Shown here piece after piece: positions 17,876 to 28,518 of a DNA stretch of 40,089 nucleotides (its first letter is position 1; each line of letters opens with the position of its first letter). The stretch is from an uncultured Muribaculaceae bacterium (GTDB lineage: Bacteria; Bacillota_I; Bacilli_A; RF39; UBA660). Both the position numbers and the translations under genes were made by a program. The stretch is from contig CAYJJT010000004.1 of the NCBI GenBank assembly GCA_964370575.1, forward strand, positions 1-40,089, in the 5' to 3' direction. Under the pieces are notes generated by a model that worked only from the letters and a program-made list of their open reading frames with translations, was not told the DNA's origin and did no database searches.

Positions 17876-18001
17876 CCCCTTAGTATTAGTTATATTATTT
17901 ACTAAAATTTAATAAATATGGGAAAATATGGAAATAATTAATATTATTAGTACATAAAATTTAAAATGTGTTAAAATTATTATTGGAAGGAAAGTGAAAT
18001 A

Positions 18002-19750
18002 ATGTTTAAATTATTAAAAAGAATATCTAAACGTGAGTTACTATTAATAGTTCCTGTAATTATATTTGTAGTAATTCAAGTTTATTTAGATTTAGAATTA
18101 CCAGATTATATATCTGAGATGACTAAGATACTACAAACACCAGGTAGTAAAGTAGAGGATATATTTGAGCCAGGATTTAAAATGCTTTTATGTGCTCTTG
18201 GTAGTTTTGTATCAGCAATAATAACTGGTTATTTTGTAGCGTATATTGCAGCATCATTCTCGCAAAGACAGAGAAAAGATGTATTTTATAAAGTAGAGGA
18301 TTTTAGTATGGCTGAAATCAAGAAATTTTCAGTTAGTAGTTTAATTGTTAGAACAAATAATGATATATTAAATATTCAAAGATTTGTAGCAATGGGATTA
18401 CAAGTAATTATTAAAGCTCCAATCTTATCAATTTGGGCAGTTAGTAAAATTGCTGGGAAAAGTTTAACTTGGTCGGCTTATACTGGAATAGCGGTATTAG
18501 TTTTATTAGTGTTAATTACAACTATTGTAATATTAGTATTACCTAAAACTAAAATTATCCAAAAACTAACAGATAAACTAAATGCTATTACTCGTGAAAA
18601 TATAACAGGGATAAGAGTTATAAAAGCTTTTAATGCTAGTAGTTTTCAAAAAGAAAAATTTGAAGTTAGTAATGATGATGTTACAAATACAAATATTTTT
18701 ATAAATAAAGCAATGTCAATAATGATGCCTTTTATGTCATTAATTATGTCTAGTTTATCATTAGTTATTTATTTAACAGGAGCATATATTATAAACGATG
18801 CACTTATACCAGATAAATTAACTTTATTTAGTGATATGATTGTGTTCTCATCATATGCTGTACAAGTAATTATGGCATTTATGATGCTTGTTATTATAAT
18901 TATTATTTATCCAAGAGCTAGTGTAAGTGCTAAACGTGTACTTGAAGTTATTAAAACTGATACTAGTATTAAAAGTGGTAAATATAAAGATAATAAAAAT
19001 AATGGGGAAATAGAATTTGTTGATGTTAGTTTTAAATATCCTGATGCTGAAGAATCTGTTTTAGAAAATATAAGTTTTAAAGCTAAAAAGGGTGAGACTA
19101 TTGCTTTTATTGGAGGAACAGCTAGTGGTAAATCGTCACTTGTTAATTTAATTCCAAGATTTTATGATGTAACTAGTGGTCAAATATTAATTAATGGAAT
19201 TAATGTTAAAGAATATGAACTAGAAAATTTATATTCTAAATTTGGTTATGTCCCACAAAGTTCAGTTATCTTTAAAGGAACTGTAAAAAGTAATGTAGAT
19301 TACGGAAGTAGTGAAGTTAGTGAAGATGACATTGTTAAAGCTCTTGATGTTGCTCAAGCTACTAATTTTGTTCAAAATATGGAAAAAGGAATAGATGCAT
19401 CACTAGCGAGTCGTGGTACTAATATAAGTGGTGGACAAAAACAAAGAGTTAGTATTGCTCGTGCAGTTGCACTAAAACCAGAATTTTATATATTTGATGA
19501 TTCATTCTCAGCACTAGATTATAAAACAGATTCTGTACTTAGACGTGCACTTAAAAAATATACTAAAGACACAACAACTTTAATTGTAGGTCAAAGAGTT
19601 GGTACTATTATGAATGCTGATAAAATTATCGTATTAGATGAGGGTAAAGTAGTTGGAATTGGTACACATAATGAACTACTTAAAAGTTGTGAAATTTATA
19701 AAGAAATTGCCTTATCGCAATTATCAGAAGAGGAGCTAAATCATGAATAG
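18002..19750 (+). CDS. ABC exporter half-transporter (TMD-NBD), subunit carrying the degenerate Walker B and H-loop
   Basis: Six TM segments plus an NBD. Walker A is 'GGTASGKSS', the signature is 'ISGGQKQR', Walker B is 'YIFDDSFSALD' (D in place of the catalytic E), and the H-loop is 'VGQRVG' (Q in place of H). Confidence 0.85.
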   Translation: MFKLLKRISKRELLLIVPVIIFVVIQVYLDLELPDYISEMTKILQTPGSKVEDIFEPGFKMLLCALGSFVSAIITGYFVAYIAASFSQRQRKDVFYKVEDFSMAEIKKFSVSSLIVRTNNDILNIQRFVAMGLQVIIKAPILSIWAVSKIAGKSLTWSAYTGIAVLVLLVLITTIVILVLPKTKIIQKLTDKLNAITRENITGIRVIKAFNASSFQKEKFEVSNDDVTNTNIFINKAMSIMMPFMSLIMSSLSLVIYLTGAYIINDALIPDKLTLFSDMIVFSSYAVQVIMAFMMLVIIIIIYPRASVSAKRVLEVIKTDTSIKSGKYKDNKNNGEIEFVDVSFKYPDAEESVLENISFKAKKGETIAFIGGTASGKSSLVNLIPRFYDVTSGQILINGINVKEYELENLYSKFGYVPQSSVIFKGTVKSNVDYGSSEVSEDDIVKALDVAQATNFVQNMEKGIDASLASRGTNISGGQKQRVSIARAVALKPEFYIFDDSFSALDYKTDSVLRRALKKYTKDTTTLIVGQRVGTIMNADKIIVLDEGKVVGIGTHNELLKSCEIYKEIALSQLSEEELNHE

Positions 19751-21530
19751 AGGACCAGGAGCTTCAAATAGTGGAGCAAATGAAAAACCAAAAAACTTTA
19801 AATTAGCTTTAAAAAAATTATTTGGTGATATGCGTAAATATAAAATAGCAATGTTTATATCTTTTGCATTCGCAATAGCTGGAGCTGTTTTAACAATAAT
19901 TGGACCTAATCAAATTACTAAAATAACTGATGAAATTAGTGCTGGTTTATTAACTGGTATTGATACTGATTATGTTTTAAACATTAGTATCATGTTATTT
20001 ATAATATATGGACTAAGTTTCTTATTTTCAACAACTCAAGGTTTTATAATTTCTAGTGTTACAGGAAAATATACTCGTGATTTAAGAACTCATATTAGTA
20101 ATAAACTTAATAATATACCACTTAAATATTTTGATCGAAATACAACTGGGGATATTCTTAGTCGTGTTAGTAATGATGTTGATGTAGTAAGTCAATCGTT
20201 AAATCAAAGTTTAGGAACATTATTTTCATCTATTTTTTTACTTATTGGAGTAGTAATAATGATGTTTGTTACAAATGTAATTATGACTATAACAGCTCTT
20301 ATCGCTTGTTTTATTGGATTTGGAATAACTGGGTTCATATTAAGTAAAAGTCAAAAATATTTTACTAAACAACAAGCTGAGCTTGGTAAATTAAATGGAC
20401 ATATAGAAGAAATATATTCTTCTCATAATGTTGTTAAAATATATAATGCAACAGATGAAGCAAAAGCGACATTTGATAAATATAATGATGAATTATTTGA
20501 TAGTTCATTTAAGAGTCAATTTTTATCAGGACTTATGATGCCACTCATGAATTTTATTGGTAATTTTGGATATGTAGCAGTAGTAGTAATGGGAGCTTAT
20601 TTAACATTTGAAGGACATATTACAATTGGAGTAATAGTAGCCTATATGATTTATATTAGACTATTTATGCAACCTCTTGGTAATATTGCTCAGTCGCTTA
20701 CATCACTGCAGTCAGCAACTGCTGCTAGTGAGAGAATATTTGAATTCTTAAAAGAAGAAGAATTAAGTGATGAAAGTTCTAAGAAAAAAGTTAAAGTAAA
20801 AGGTATTGGTAATATTGAATTTAAAAATGTTAAATTTGGATATGATAGTGATAAATTAATAATTAAAGATTTTTCACTAACTGCAAGTAGTGGTGAGAAG
20901 ATAGCAATAGTGGGACCTACTGGTGCAGGTAAAACTACTTTGGTAAATTTACTTATGCGTTTTTATGAAATTAATGAAGGTAATATTTTGATTGATAATA
21001 TTGATACTAAAGATATGACTCGTGAACAAGTAAATGAAATGTTTTGTATGGTATTACAAGATACTTGGTTGTTTGATGGAACTATAATGGATAATATTAA
21101 ATATAATAATTTAAGTGTTAAAGATAGTGAAGTTAAACGTGTTTGTAAAAGTATTGGGATTGATCATTTAATTAAATCATTACCACATGGATATGAAACA
21201 GTATTATCTGATGCAGATAGTTTATCAGCAGGGGAGAAGCAACTGTTAACAATAGCACGTGGTATGCTTAAGAAAACACCATTTTTAATTTTAGATGAAG
21301 CTACAAGTAATGTAGACACTAGAACAGAAAAGTTAGTACAAAGTGCTATGGATAAATTAACTGAAGGTAAGACTTCATTTATAATTGCTCATAGATTATC
21401 TACTATTAAAAATGCTGACACTATATTAGTATTAAAAGAAGGTAATATTATTGAACAAGGTAGTCATGAAGCATTACTTAAATTAAATGGATTTTATAGT
21501 GAATTATATAATTCACAATTTGAAGAATAA
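19743..21530 (+). CDS. ABC exporter half-transporter (TMD-NBD), subunit with canonical Walker motifs and a degenerate signature
   Basis: It overlaps the upstream gene by 8 nt. Walker A is 'GPTGAGKTT', the signature is 'LSAGEKQL', Walker B is 'LILDEATSNVD', and the H-loop is 'IAHRLST'. Confidence 0.85.
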   Translation: MNRGPGASNSGANEKPKNFKLALKKLFGDMRKYKIAMFISFAFAIAGAVLTIIGPNQITKITDEISAGLLTGIDTDYVLNISIMLFIIYGLSFLFSTTQGFIISSVTGKYTRDLRTHISNKLNNIPLKYFDRNTTGDILSRVSNDVDVVSQSLNQSLGTLFSSIFLLIGVVIMMFVTNVIMTITALIACFIGFGITGFILSKSQKYFTKQQAELGKLNGHIEEIYSSHNVVKIYNATDEAKATFDKYNDELFDSSFKSQFLSGLMMPLMNFIGNFGYVAVVVMGAYLTFEGHITIGVIVAYMIYIRLFMQPLGNIAQSLTSLQSATAASERIFEFLKEEELSDESSKKKVKVKGIGNIEFKNVKFGYDSDKLIIKDFSLTASSGEKIAIVGPTGAGKTTLVNLLMRFYEINEGNILIDNIDTKDMTREQVNEMFCMVLQDTWLFDGTIMDNIKYNNLSVKDSEVKRVCKSIGIDHLIKSLPHGYETVLSDADSLSAGEKQLLTIARGMLKKTPFLILDEATSNVDTRTEKLVQSAMDKLTEGKTSFIIAHRLSTIKNADTILVLKEGNIIEQGSHEALLKLNGFYSELYNSQFEE

Positions 21531-21559
21531 AAAAAGAAAACAATTAGTTTTCTTTTTTT
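21531..21559. terminator. Bidirectional terminator between the ABC operon and the arc/agu array
   Basis: AAAAGAAAAC pairs with GTTTTCTTTT around the loop AATTA, with flanking A and T runs. The arcC stop lies in the loop. Confidence 0.7.
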
Positions 21560-22473
21560 ATTATAGTACAATCAATACCTTTAATAGCATTACTTAAGTT
21601 TTCAAGTGAAGTAATAATAGCTTCTTTATTACTAGTTTCGGCAAATTTAATACAAGCTTGTACTTTAGGTAACATACTACCTGGTGCAAAGTGATTAGCT
21701 TTAATGTATTCATTAGCTTCATTTGTACTAATAGTACTTAATTTAAATGCATCAGCAGTATTATAATTTAATTCTACTTGTTTAACATTTGTTAAAATAA
21801 TAAATTTATCAGCATTAATTTTTTCTGCTATTAATTCACTAGTTAAATCTTTATCAATAACACCACTCAATACTTTGTCATAACTCGTAGATGAAACAGG
21901 TATTCCACCACCACCACCAGCGATAACTATATGATTAGTACTAAGTAATTCATTAATCGAGTCTAAACATACTATATCAATTGGTTTAGGACTTGCTACT
22001 ACTTTTCGGTAACCACGACCTGAATCTTCAATATATTTATCACCTGTATTATTACTTAATTCAAGTGCTTGTTCTTTCGTATAAAACGGACCTACTGGTT
22101 TAGTAGGATTACTAAATGAAGGATCATTTTCATCAACAATAACTTCACTAACTAATGATACAACATTATTAGTTAAATTATGGTCTTTTAATTTTAAACG
22201 CATATTTTTTTGAATATGGTATCCAATATATCCTTGACTCATTGCTGTACATTCACTAAATGGTATTGCAGGAATACTACTATCAGTACTACTACTATTT
22301 GTAAATGCTAAGTTGATAATTCCTACTTGTGGACCATTTCCATGAGCTAAAACTATTTGATGTCCTTCTTTAATTAAAGGTATTATATTATCAATTGCAT
22401 TTCTTATTAAACTTTCTTGTTCTAATGGAGTATTACCTAGGGCATTTCCTCCAAGTGCGATAACTATTTTCAT
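21544..22473 (-). CDS. arcC: Carbamate kinase
   Basis: The track start is at 22488. The ATG at 22473 has AAGGA upstream and gives 'MKIVIALGGNAL'. Other motifs are 'HGNGPQVG' and 'AGGGGGIPV'. Confidence 0.9.
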   Translation of the reverse strand: MKIVIALGGNALGNTPLEQESLIRNAIDNIIPLIKEGHQIVLAHGNGPQVGIINLAFTNSSSTDSSIPAIPFSECTAMSQGYIGYHIQKNMRLKLKDHNLTNNVVSLVSEVIVDENDPSFSNPTKPVGPFYTKEQALELSNNTGDKYIEDSGRGYRKVVASPKPIDIVCLDSINELLSTNHIVIAGGGGGIPVSSTSYDKVLSGVIDKDLTSELIAEKINADKFIILTNVKQVELNYNTADAFKLSTISTNEANEYIKANHFAPGSMLPKVQACIKFAETSNKEAIITSLENLSNAIKGIDCTIIKKEN

Positions 22474-22498
22474 AATTTTTCCTTTCATTAATTAATAA

Positions 22499-22520
22499 AA
22501 AGAAGTAATAAAACTTCTTT
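22499..22520 (-). terminator. Intra-operon hairpin between aguA and arcC (possible partial terminator)
   Basis: On the minus strand, AAAGAAGT-TTTATT-ACTTCTTT is followed by TTATTAAT. Confidence 0.3.
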
Positions 22521-22527
22521 TTAAATT

Positions 22528-23622
22528 TTATCTTTTTGGAACTTGCTGTGTTATACAATGAATATTTCCACCACCTAATAATATTTCTCTAGCATATATA
22601 GGTTCGATAACACGGTCTGGGTATAATTCTTTTAATTTATTATAAGCTAATTGATCGTTTGGATCATTAAATACTGGCATAGCTACAAATCCGTTTCCTA
22701 CATAATAATTTACATAAGAAGCAGCTAAACGATCTCCTTCATTTCTAGGTAGAGTTCCATCTACGCTATCAACTCCTAAACTTTCAGCTTGAGTAATAAG
22801 AATAGGGGAAGGAGTTAAAATTTTGTGTACTTCAATTTTTCTACCTTTAGCATCAGTTTCATTAATAAGATAATTATATGCATCTAAACTTCTTTGATAT
22901 TGAGGATCATTAACATCTTCAGTCCAAGCTAGAGCGATTACACCTGGTTTAACATAAGCACACATATTATCAACATGACCATTAGTTTCATCATTGTAAA
23001 TACCTTCTTTAACCCATAATACTTTTTCTACATTTAAATAGTTACATAATTTTTCTGTAATTTCTTCTTTACTAAGTTCAGGGTTACGACCACTAGAAAG
23101 CAGACATTCTTCTGTTACTAAAGCTGTACCATCACCATCAACATGAATTGAACCACCTTCAAGAACAAAGTCATCTAATCTGTATGAGTTAGCTTGTTCT
23201 AATTCACACATTTTTCTTGCGACTAAGTCATCTTGATCCCAAGGGAAGTATAAACCATCAACTAGTCCTCCCCAAGCATTAAATGTCCAATCATTAGCAC
23301 GAAGTTCTCCATTATCATTTACTAAAAATGTAGCGCCACTATCACGTATCCATGAATCATTGGTACTCATTTCAATAACACGTATATTATCATTTAAATG
23401 AGTTCTAGCATTAATAAATTGTTCTTTAGATACTAATACAGTAACTGGTTCATATTTAGAGATTGTATTAGCTACATTAGTAAATACATTTTGAGCTGGT
23501 TTAGCTCCGTATCTCCAATTATCTGTACGCTCAGGCCAAATTATATAAGTACCACTATGAGGTTCAAATTCACCAGGCATTCTAAAACCATCAGTTTTAG
23601 GAATACTATTTAATCTTTTCAT
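22528..23622 (-). CDS. aguA: Agmatine deiminase
   Basis: Motifs are 'MPGEFEPHSGTYIIWPER', 'SWIRDSG' and the C-terminal catalytic 'GGGNIHCITQQ'. The start overlaps the aguD stop (TAATG). Confidence 0.9.
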   Translation of the reverse strand: MKRLNSIPKTDGFRMPGEFEPHSGTYIIWPERTDNWRYGAKPAQNVFTNVANTISKYEPVTVLVSKEQFINARTHLNDNIRVIEMSTNDSWIRDSGATFLVNDNGELRANDWTFNAWGGLVDGLYFPWDQDDLVARKMCELEQANSYRLDDFVLEGGSIHVDGDGTALVTEECLLSSGRNPELSKEEITEKLCNYLNVEKVLWVKEGIYNDETNGHVDNMCAYVKPGVIALAWTEDVNDPQYQRSLDAYNYLINETDAKGRKIEVHKILTPSPILITQAESLGVDSVDGTLPRNEGDRLAASYVNYYVGNGFVAMPVFNDPNDQLAYNKLKELYPDRVIEPIYAREILLGGGNIHCITQQVPKR

Positions 23623-25004
23623 TATTTATTCTCCTTAATACCACTAACAATAATTTCTTGAATAATTAAAGAGATAATTACTCCAATTATAAGTGGTAAA
23701 TTTACTAAAAATGATTCATAAGTAAAATCAATAAATATAGTAAATATTAAACTTGCAATTAATAAAAATAGTGGAACATAAGTAATTAAATTTACTATTA
23801 TACTATTTCCAGGTATTTTATATGCTCTGTCAGTCTTGTCGATTTTTCTAAGTTTTTTAAATGATAAGAATAATGGAACATAAGATAATAATAAAGTTAC
23901 TAAACTTAATGAGAAGAATGTCCAGAATAAATTAGAAAATGAATCTGATACTTCTCCAAGAATTGCTCCAATTATAAGTATTATAGTTGCGACAATACCA
24001 TTTAAAATACTAGTTTTATATGGTACTCCATCTTTATTAACAGCTCCAAAATATTTAGGGAAACCATTATCATCAGCACTATACTTAGCAACTGCATTAA
24101 CTCCAAATGACCATGAAACGATATTTGCTACTAATGCATAAATAAACATAAGTCCAATAACTATTACTAATATTCTAGATAAATCTATATTCATTCCTAA
24201 AGTATTGAATAGTGAAGCGAAACTTCCTGTAATACCGGCTGTTTCAGTTGTTTCAACTGGAAGTGCAATATTTATCCCAGTTGCTGGTAATAAATAGAAT
24301 ATTGCTGTTAATAATGCTCCAATCATTACTGCTTTTGGAATATCTTTTTTAGGTTTTTCCATATCTTCTGCATATGTAGCAATAACTTCTAATCCTAAGA
24401 AGTTAAATATAATAACAGATAAGAATGATAAACCTAATAAATCAAAAGTAGGTAATAAGTCTTGTGCACTTTCAATAGGGTTAGCACTTGTTCCAGTAGT
24501 AATATAAACATATATACCTAAGATTCCAAGTCCAACCATAAATGTAATTTTAAATAGGGTACCAAGATTAATAATCCATTTATTTTCTCCTACACGGAAA
24601 CATCCTAATATTGAAGTTATCCATACATATAATAATTGTAATCCTAATAACGCTATAAGTGGTAAGTCAACACTAAATATATCTGCTACTATATCAGTTA
24701 CAGCAACAGCTAGAGAAGCTACCCATAATGGGAAATTGATCCAGTAATTCCATGCAACACGAGATGCCCATTTTGGTCCAAATGCTTTTTTAACCCATGT
24801 ATATAAACCACCTTCACTAGGGAAAGAACTCCCTAGTTCAGCAGTTATTAATCCATAAGGTAAACAAAAAGCTAAAATTAGAAACATCCACCAAAAGTAT
24901 TGTGAATTACCAATTGCCGCAGTAGGAGCTACTGATTCAGAAACTAACGTTATACAAACAGTAGCAAGTATTGCGTCAAATAATTTAAATTTCTTTGTTT
25001 TCAT
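23622..25004 (-). CDS. aguD: APC-family amino acid/polyamine antiporter, agmatine/putrescine exchanger by context
   Basis: About 12 TM segments with an APC-like N-terminus 'SESVAPTAAIGNSQYFWW'. It sits between aguB and aguA, as in the enterococcal aguBDAC arrangement. Confidence 0.7.
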   Translation of the reverse strand: MKTKKFKLFDAILATVCITLVSESVAPTAAIGNSQYFWWMFLILAFCLPYGLITAELGSSFPSEGGLYTWVKKAFGPKWASRVAWNYWINFPLWVASLAVAVTDIVADIFSVDLPLIALLGLQLLYVWITSILGCFRVGENKWIINLGTLFKITFMVGLGILGIYVYITTGTSANPIESAQDLLPTFDLLGLSFLSVIIFNFLGLEVIATYAEDMEKPKKDIPKAVMIGALLTAIFYLLPATGINIALPVETTETAGITGSFASLFNTLGMNIDLSRILVIVIGLMFIYALVANIVSWSFGVNAVAKYSADDNGFPKYFGAVNKDGVPYKTSILNGIVATIILIIGAILGEVSDSFSNLFWTFFSLSLVTLLLSYVPLFLSFKKLRKIDKTDRAYKIPGNSIIVNLITYVPLFLLIASLIFTIFIDFTYESFLVNLPLIIGVIISLIIQEIIVSGIKENK

Positions 25005-25017
25005 TTCAATACCTTCC

Positions 25018-26004
25018 TTAAATACCTAGTTTATCTTTACAAATTTTAACAGTTTCGTCACGTTTACCCATAAAGTATACTAATAAAGCTCTAATTGATG
25101 TTAATCTATTTTCTGCTTCATCAAATACAATTGAGTATTTTGAATCTATTACTTCATCAGTAACTTCTTCATTACGTGTAGCAGGTAAACAGTGCATAAA
25201 TTTAACTGTTGGCTCTGCTTTTTTTATCATGTCCATATCAACTTGATATTTAGGGTAGAATACATTCATTCTTTCTTCTTCTGATAATTCTGCTTCATAT
25301 AATCCATACCAAACATCAGTATAAATAAAGTCAGCATTTTTAATTGCTTCATCTTCATCCTCAGTAATTAAGAATGAACCTCCTGAAATTTTACAGTTTT
25401 CTTCAGCAATTTTTTGAAAATGTTCATTTAATTGGAATCCTTTAGGTCCGTACTGAACAAAGCTTCCTCCTAATTTAGTAACAATCATCATAAGTGATGC
25501 ACAAACTTGTGTAGCATCTCCTACGAATACAACTTTAATGTCTTCGAAATTTTTACCTTCTGGTAAATGTTCAAACATAGTTGTAACATCTCCTAATTCT
25601 TGAGTAGGGTGATTGTAGTCACTCATACCATTAATTACTGATATATCAGCATATTTAGCTAATTCAGCTACATTTTCATGCTTAGCAACACGTGCCATAA
25701 GTATATCTACTAATCTTGATAATACTTGCGCTGTATCACTCATTGATTCATGTGAACCAAGTTGTATTTGACCTGGGGCTAAATACTGAGCGTGTCCTCC
25801 TAGTTGTGTCATTGCTGTTTCAAATGAAACTCTTGTTCTTGTTGATGATTGCTCAAATATCATACCTAGAGTTTTGTGGTATAACACATTTAAATCATGC
25901 CCACTTTTTAAAGTTTTTTTAATTAGTAAACCTAATTTAACTAAATCAACCATTTCCTCTTTCGTAAAATTTTGAGTATCAATATAATCTTTTTTTCTTT
26001 CCAT
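25018..26004 (-). CDS. aguB: Putrescine carbamoyltransferase
   Basis: The track start is at 26037. The ATG at 26004 has AGGAGGA upstream and gives 'MERKKDY'. Transcarbamoylase motifs are '[10 protein letters not shown]', 'HPTQELGD' and 'HCLPATR'. The ornithine-binding SMG loop of OTCases is replaced by '[10 protein letters not shown]'. The gene lies in an agmatine deiminase context. Confidence 0.8.
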   Translation of the reverse strand: MERKKDYIDTQNFTKEEMVDLVKLGLLIKKTLKSGHDLNVLYHKTLGMIFEQSSTRTRVSFETAMTQLGGHAQYLAPGQIQLGSHESMSDTAQVLSRLVDILMARVAKHENVAELAKYADISVINGMSDYNHPTQELGDVTTMFEHLPEGKNFEDIKVVFVGDATQVCASLMMIVTKLGGSFVQYGPKGFQLNEHFQKIAEENCKISGGSFLITEDEDEAIKNADFIYTDVWYGLYEAELSEEERMNVFYPKYQVDMDMIKKAEPTVKFMHCLPATRNEEVTDEVIDSKYSIVFDEAENRLTSIRALLVYFMGKRDETVKICKDKLGI

Positions 26005-26084
26005 ATTATCTATCCTCCTATAATAAATATAGCACAATATTTTTTTGATTTCTAGTAATTAATATAAATTATGTAAAGTGAAAA

Positions 26085-27521
26085 TTAACTTAGTATCGTA
26101 GTAGCAATAGTAAGTATTAATATATTAACAAGTAGAATACATGCGATTACTTTTAGCACCCATTTTAACCAAGTTGTATATTGTACTTTTGCAAGTGCTA
26201 ATCCACCCATAATTGCTCCACAAGTAGGAGTAAATAAATTAACTAATCCATTAGCAGCAACATAAGTCATTATAGTAGCTTCAACATTGTATCCAACTTC
26301 ATGAGCAAGTGGTCCCATAATAGGTGCCGATAGACTCGCTAAACCACTACTAGATGGAACTAGTACTGATAAACCCATATGTATTAAATAGTTAAGTGGT
26401 GTAAATATAATTGGAGAGACATCTTTTAATAAATTTGCTGCATTAACAATTATATAACTACTTAAATGTGTTTCCATCATTAATACACTAGCACCACGAG
26501 CTACTGCAATAATAAGAATTACACTCATCATTTCACTAGCACCTTTAATAAAAGTTTTAACAATTATACCTTCATGCATTTTATTAACAATAGCAATTAT
26601 AATTCCACAAATTAAGAACCATAAAGAAGCATCATAGAACCACCATGTACCTAGTGGATTTCCTGTTAAGAAACTTGACCAGTTAAAGATATTAATATTA
26701 AATTCACTCCATGGTATAAATCCGATAATCATTACTAAAAATGATAGAGCAAACAATATTAATGTTAAAGTTTGTCTTTTAGTTAATTTTAAGTTTGATT
26801 CTACTTTCTCATTACTGAAATTTTTATTCATATCTTCTACTTCTTGTAGAGATAAGAACGTAGATCCCTTATCTTCAATTACTTTTTTAGCATATTTCAT
26901 AACGAAGTAAATACTAATAAGTAGAGTAGTAATCCACAGTATCAATCCAAGAACGATTATTATACCTTGATTAACTTCTATATTTTCAGGAAGTGCTGAT
27001 ATAGCAGCTCCGACAGCGAATGGATTTACAGTTGAACCAAGTACTCCAGAACCAGCTCCTAGTAAAACTATTGAACTTGCTACTAGTGTATCCATACCAG
27101 CAGCAACCATAACACCAGCTAATAAAGCGTAGAATATTACTGTTTCTTCAAGCATTCCATATGTAGTTCCTCCAATAGAGAATATAAACATAAGAATAGG
27201 AATTAACAATATTTCTTTTCCCTCTAATTTCGATATAAGGACTTTTATTCCTTTTTTAAATGCTCCTGTACGATTAACGATTGCTAAAAATCCTCCTAGT
27301 ACTAAAACAAATAAACATACATCAATCGCATTTTCGAACCCTAAGATAGGGGACATTAAAGTTGTAGCTAAATCTGCTTTGATAACACCAGTACCTTCTA
27401 CAACCATGCCATCTACTACTTCAGCACTTGGTAAAAAGTGAGTAGAAATGGCAAGAATAAATATGATTATAAATATGATTGAGAACGATGATAATAATTT
27501 TCTTTTTTTCTCTTTTGACAT
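26085..27521 (-). CDS. YfcC/DcuC-type polytopic carrier; putative arginine/ornithine exchanger (ArcE-like) by context
   Basis: Twelve or more hydrophobic segments. SD AGGAGGA. It lies immediately downstream of arcB. As I recall, carriers of this family occupy the transporter slot in some arc operons. Confidence 0.55.
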   Translation of the reverse strand: MSKEKKRKLLSSFSIIFIIIFILAISTHFLPSAEVVDGMVVEGTGVIKADLATTLMSPILGFENAIDVCLFVLVLGGFLAIVNRTGAFKKGIKVLISKLEGKEILLIPILMFIFSIGGTTYGMLEETVIFYALLAGVMVAAGMDTLVASSIVLLGAGSGVLGSTVNPFAVGAAISALPENIEVNQGIIIVLGLILWITTLLISIYFVMKYAKKVIEDKGSTFLSLQEVEDMNKNFSNEKVESNLKLTKRQTLTLILFALSFLVMIIGFIPWSEFNINIFNWSSFLTGNPLGTWWFYDASLWFLICGIIIAIVNKMHEGIIVKTFIKGASEMMSVILIIAVARGASVLMMETHLSSYIIVNAANLLKDVSPIIFTPLNYLIHMGLSVLVPSSSGLASLSAPIMGPLAHEVGYNVEATIMTYVAANGLVNLFTPTCGAIMGGLALAKVQYTTWLKWVLKVIACILLVNILILTIATTILS

Positions 27522-27530
27522 AAATTCCTC

Positions 27531-28517
27531 CTACTTAAGCGTTGCATACATTACAGCTTTAATTGTGTGTAATCTATTTTCTGCTTCATCAAATACTTTT
27601 GATTTGTTACTATTAAATACTTCATCAGTAACTTCCATAGCAGTGATATTAAATTTATCACTAATTTCTTTACCGATTTTGGTATTGATATCGTGAAATG
27701 CTGGTAAGCAATGTAAAAATATTGTAGTATCTTTTGTTTTATCCATCATTTCTTTATTGATTTGATATGGGTATAATTCTTTGATTCTACTTTCCCATAC
27801 ACTATCCGCTTCTCCCATTGAAACCCATACATCAGTACAAACTACATCTGCATCTTTGATTACTTCATCAATAGACTCAGTTAGTGTTATTGTAGAATTG
27901 TTGCTAGTGGCAATATTTTTACAAGTTTCAACAAGCTCGTTGCTTGGCCATAAATTACGTGGCGCTATTGTAGTAAAATTAATACCTAATTTAGCACATA
28001 CGGCCATGTAAGAATTACCCATATTATTTCTAGCATCACCAATAAAAACTAAATTTAATCCTTCTAATTTATTAAAGTTTTCTTTAACTGTTAATATATC
28101 CGCTAACATTTGAGTAGGGTGGAATTCATCAGTTAATCCATTCCAAACTGGAACAGTACTATTAATTGCTAGTTCCTCAACAATGTTCTGTCCGAATCCA
28201 CGATATTCAATTCCATCATACATACGTGATAATACTTTAGCAGTGTCGGCAATACTTTCTTTTTTCCCCATTTGAGATCCAGTAGGACCTAAGTAAGTAG
28301 TATGCATACCTAAATCATAAGCAGCAACTTCAAAAGCACATCTAGTTCTAGTAGAATCTTTTTCAAATATCAAAGCAATATTTTTTCCCATCAAACTAGC
28401 ATGATTAACACCTTCTTTTTTTAATTTTTTAAATTCTGCACTTAAATTAATTAAATATAATAATTCTTCTTTACTGAAATCTAATACTTTTAAAAAGTTT
28501 CGTCCTTGTAAATTCAT
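27531..28517 (-). CDS. arcB: Catabolic ornithine carbamoyltransferase
   Basis: Motifs are '[10 protein letters not shown]', 'FHPTQMLAD', the SMG loop '[10 protein letters not shown]' and 'HCLPAFHD'. It lies 1 nt downstream of arcA. Confidence 0.9.
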   Translation of the reverse strand: MNLQGRNFLKVLDFSKEELLYLINLSAEFKKLKKEGVNHASLMGKNIALIFEKDSTRTRCAFEVAAYDLGMHTTYLGPTGSQMGKKESIADTAKVLSRMYDGIEYRGFGQNIVEELAINSTVPVWNGLTDEFHPTQMLADILTVKENFNKLEGLNLVFIGDARNNMGNSYMAVCAKLGINFTTIAPRNLWPSNELVETCKNIATSNNSTITLTESIDEVIKDADVVCTDVWVSMGEADSVWESRIKELYPYQINKEMMDKTKDTTIFLHCLPAFHDINTKIGKEISDKFNITAMEVTDEVFNSNKSKVFDEAENRLHTIKAVMYATLK

Positions 28518-28518
28518 T

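Noticed and set aside
17914-17934. The tandem direct repeat ATATGGGAAA-ATATGGAAA in the divergent promoter region between the secreted protein gene and the ABC operon, plus the tiny ORF MGKYGNN.
   Set aside because: It has only two short imperfect copies in very AT-rich DNA. There is no SD for the mini-ORF and no adjacent regulator gene. It cannot be distinguished from chance.
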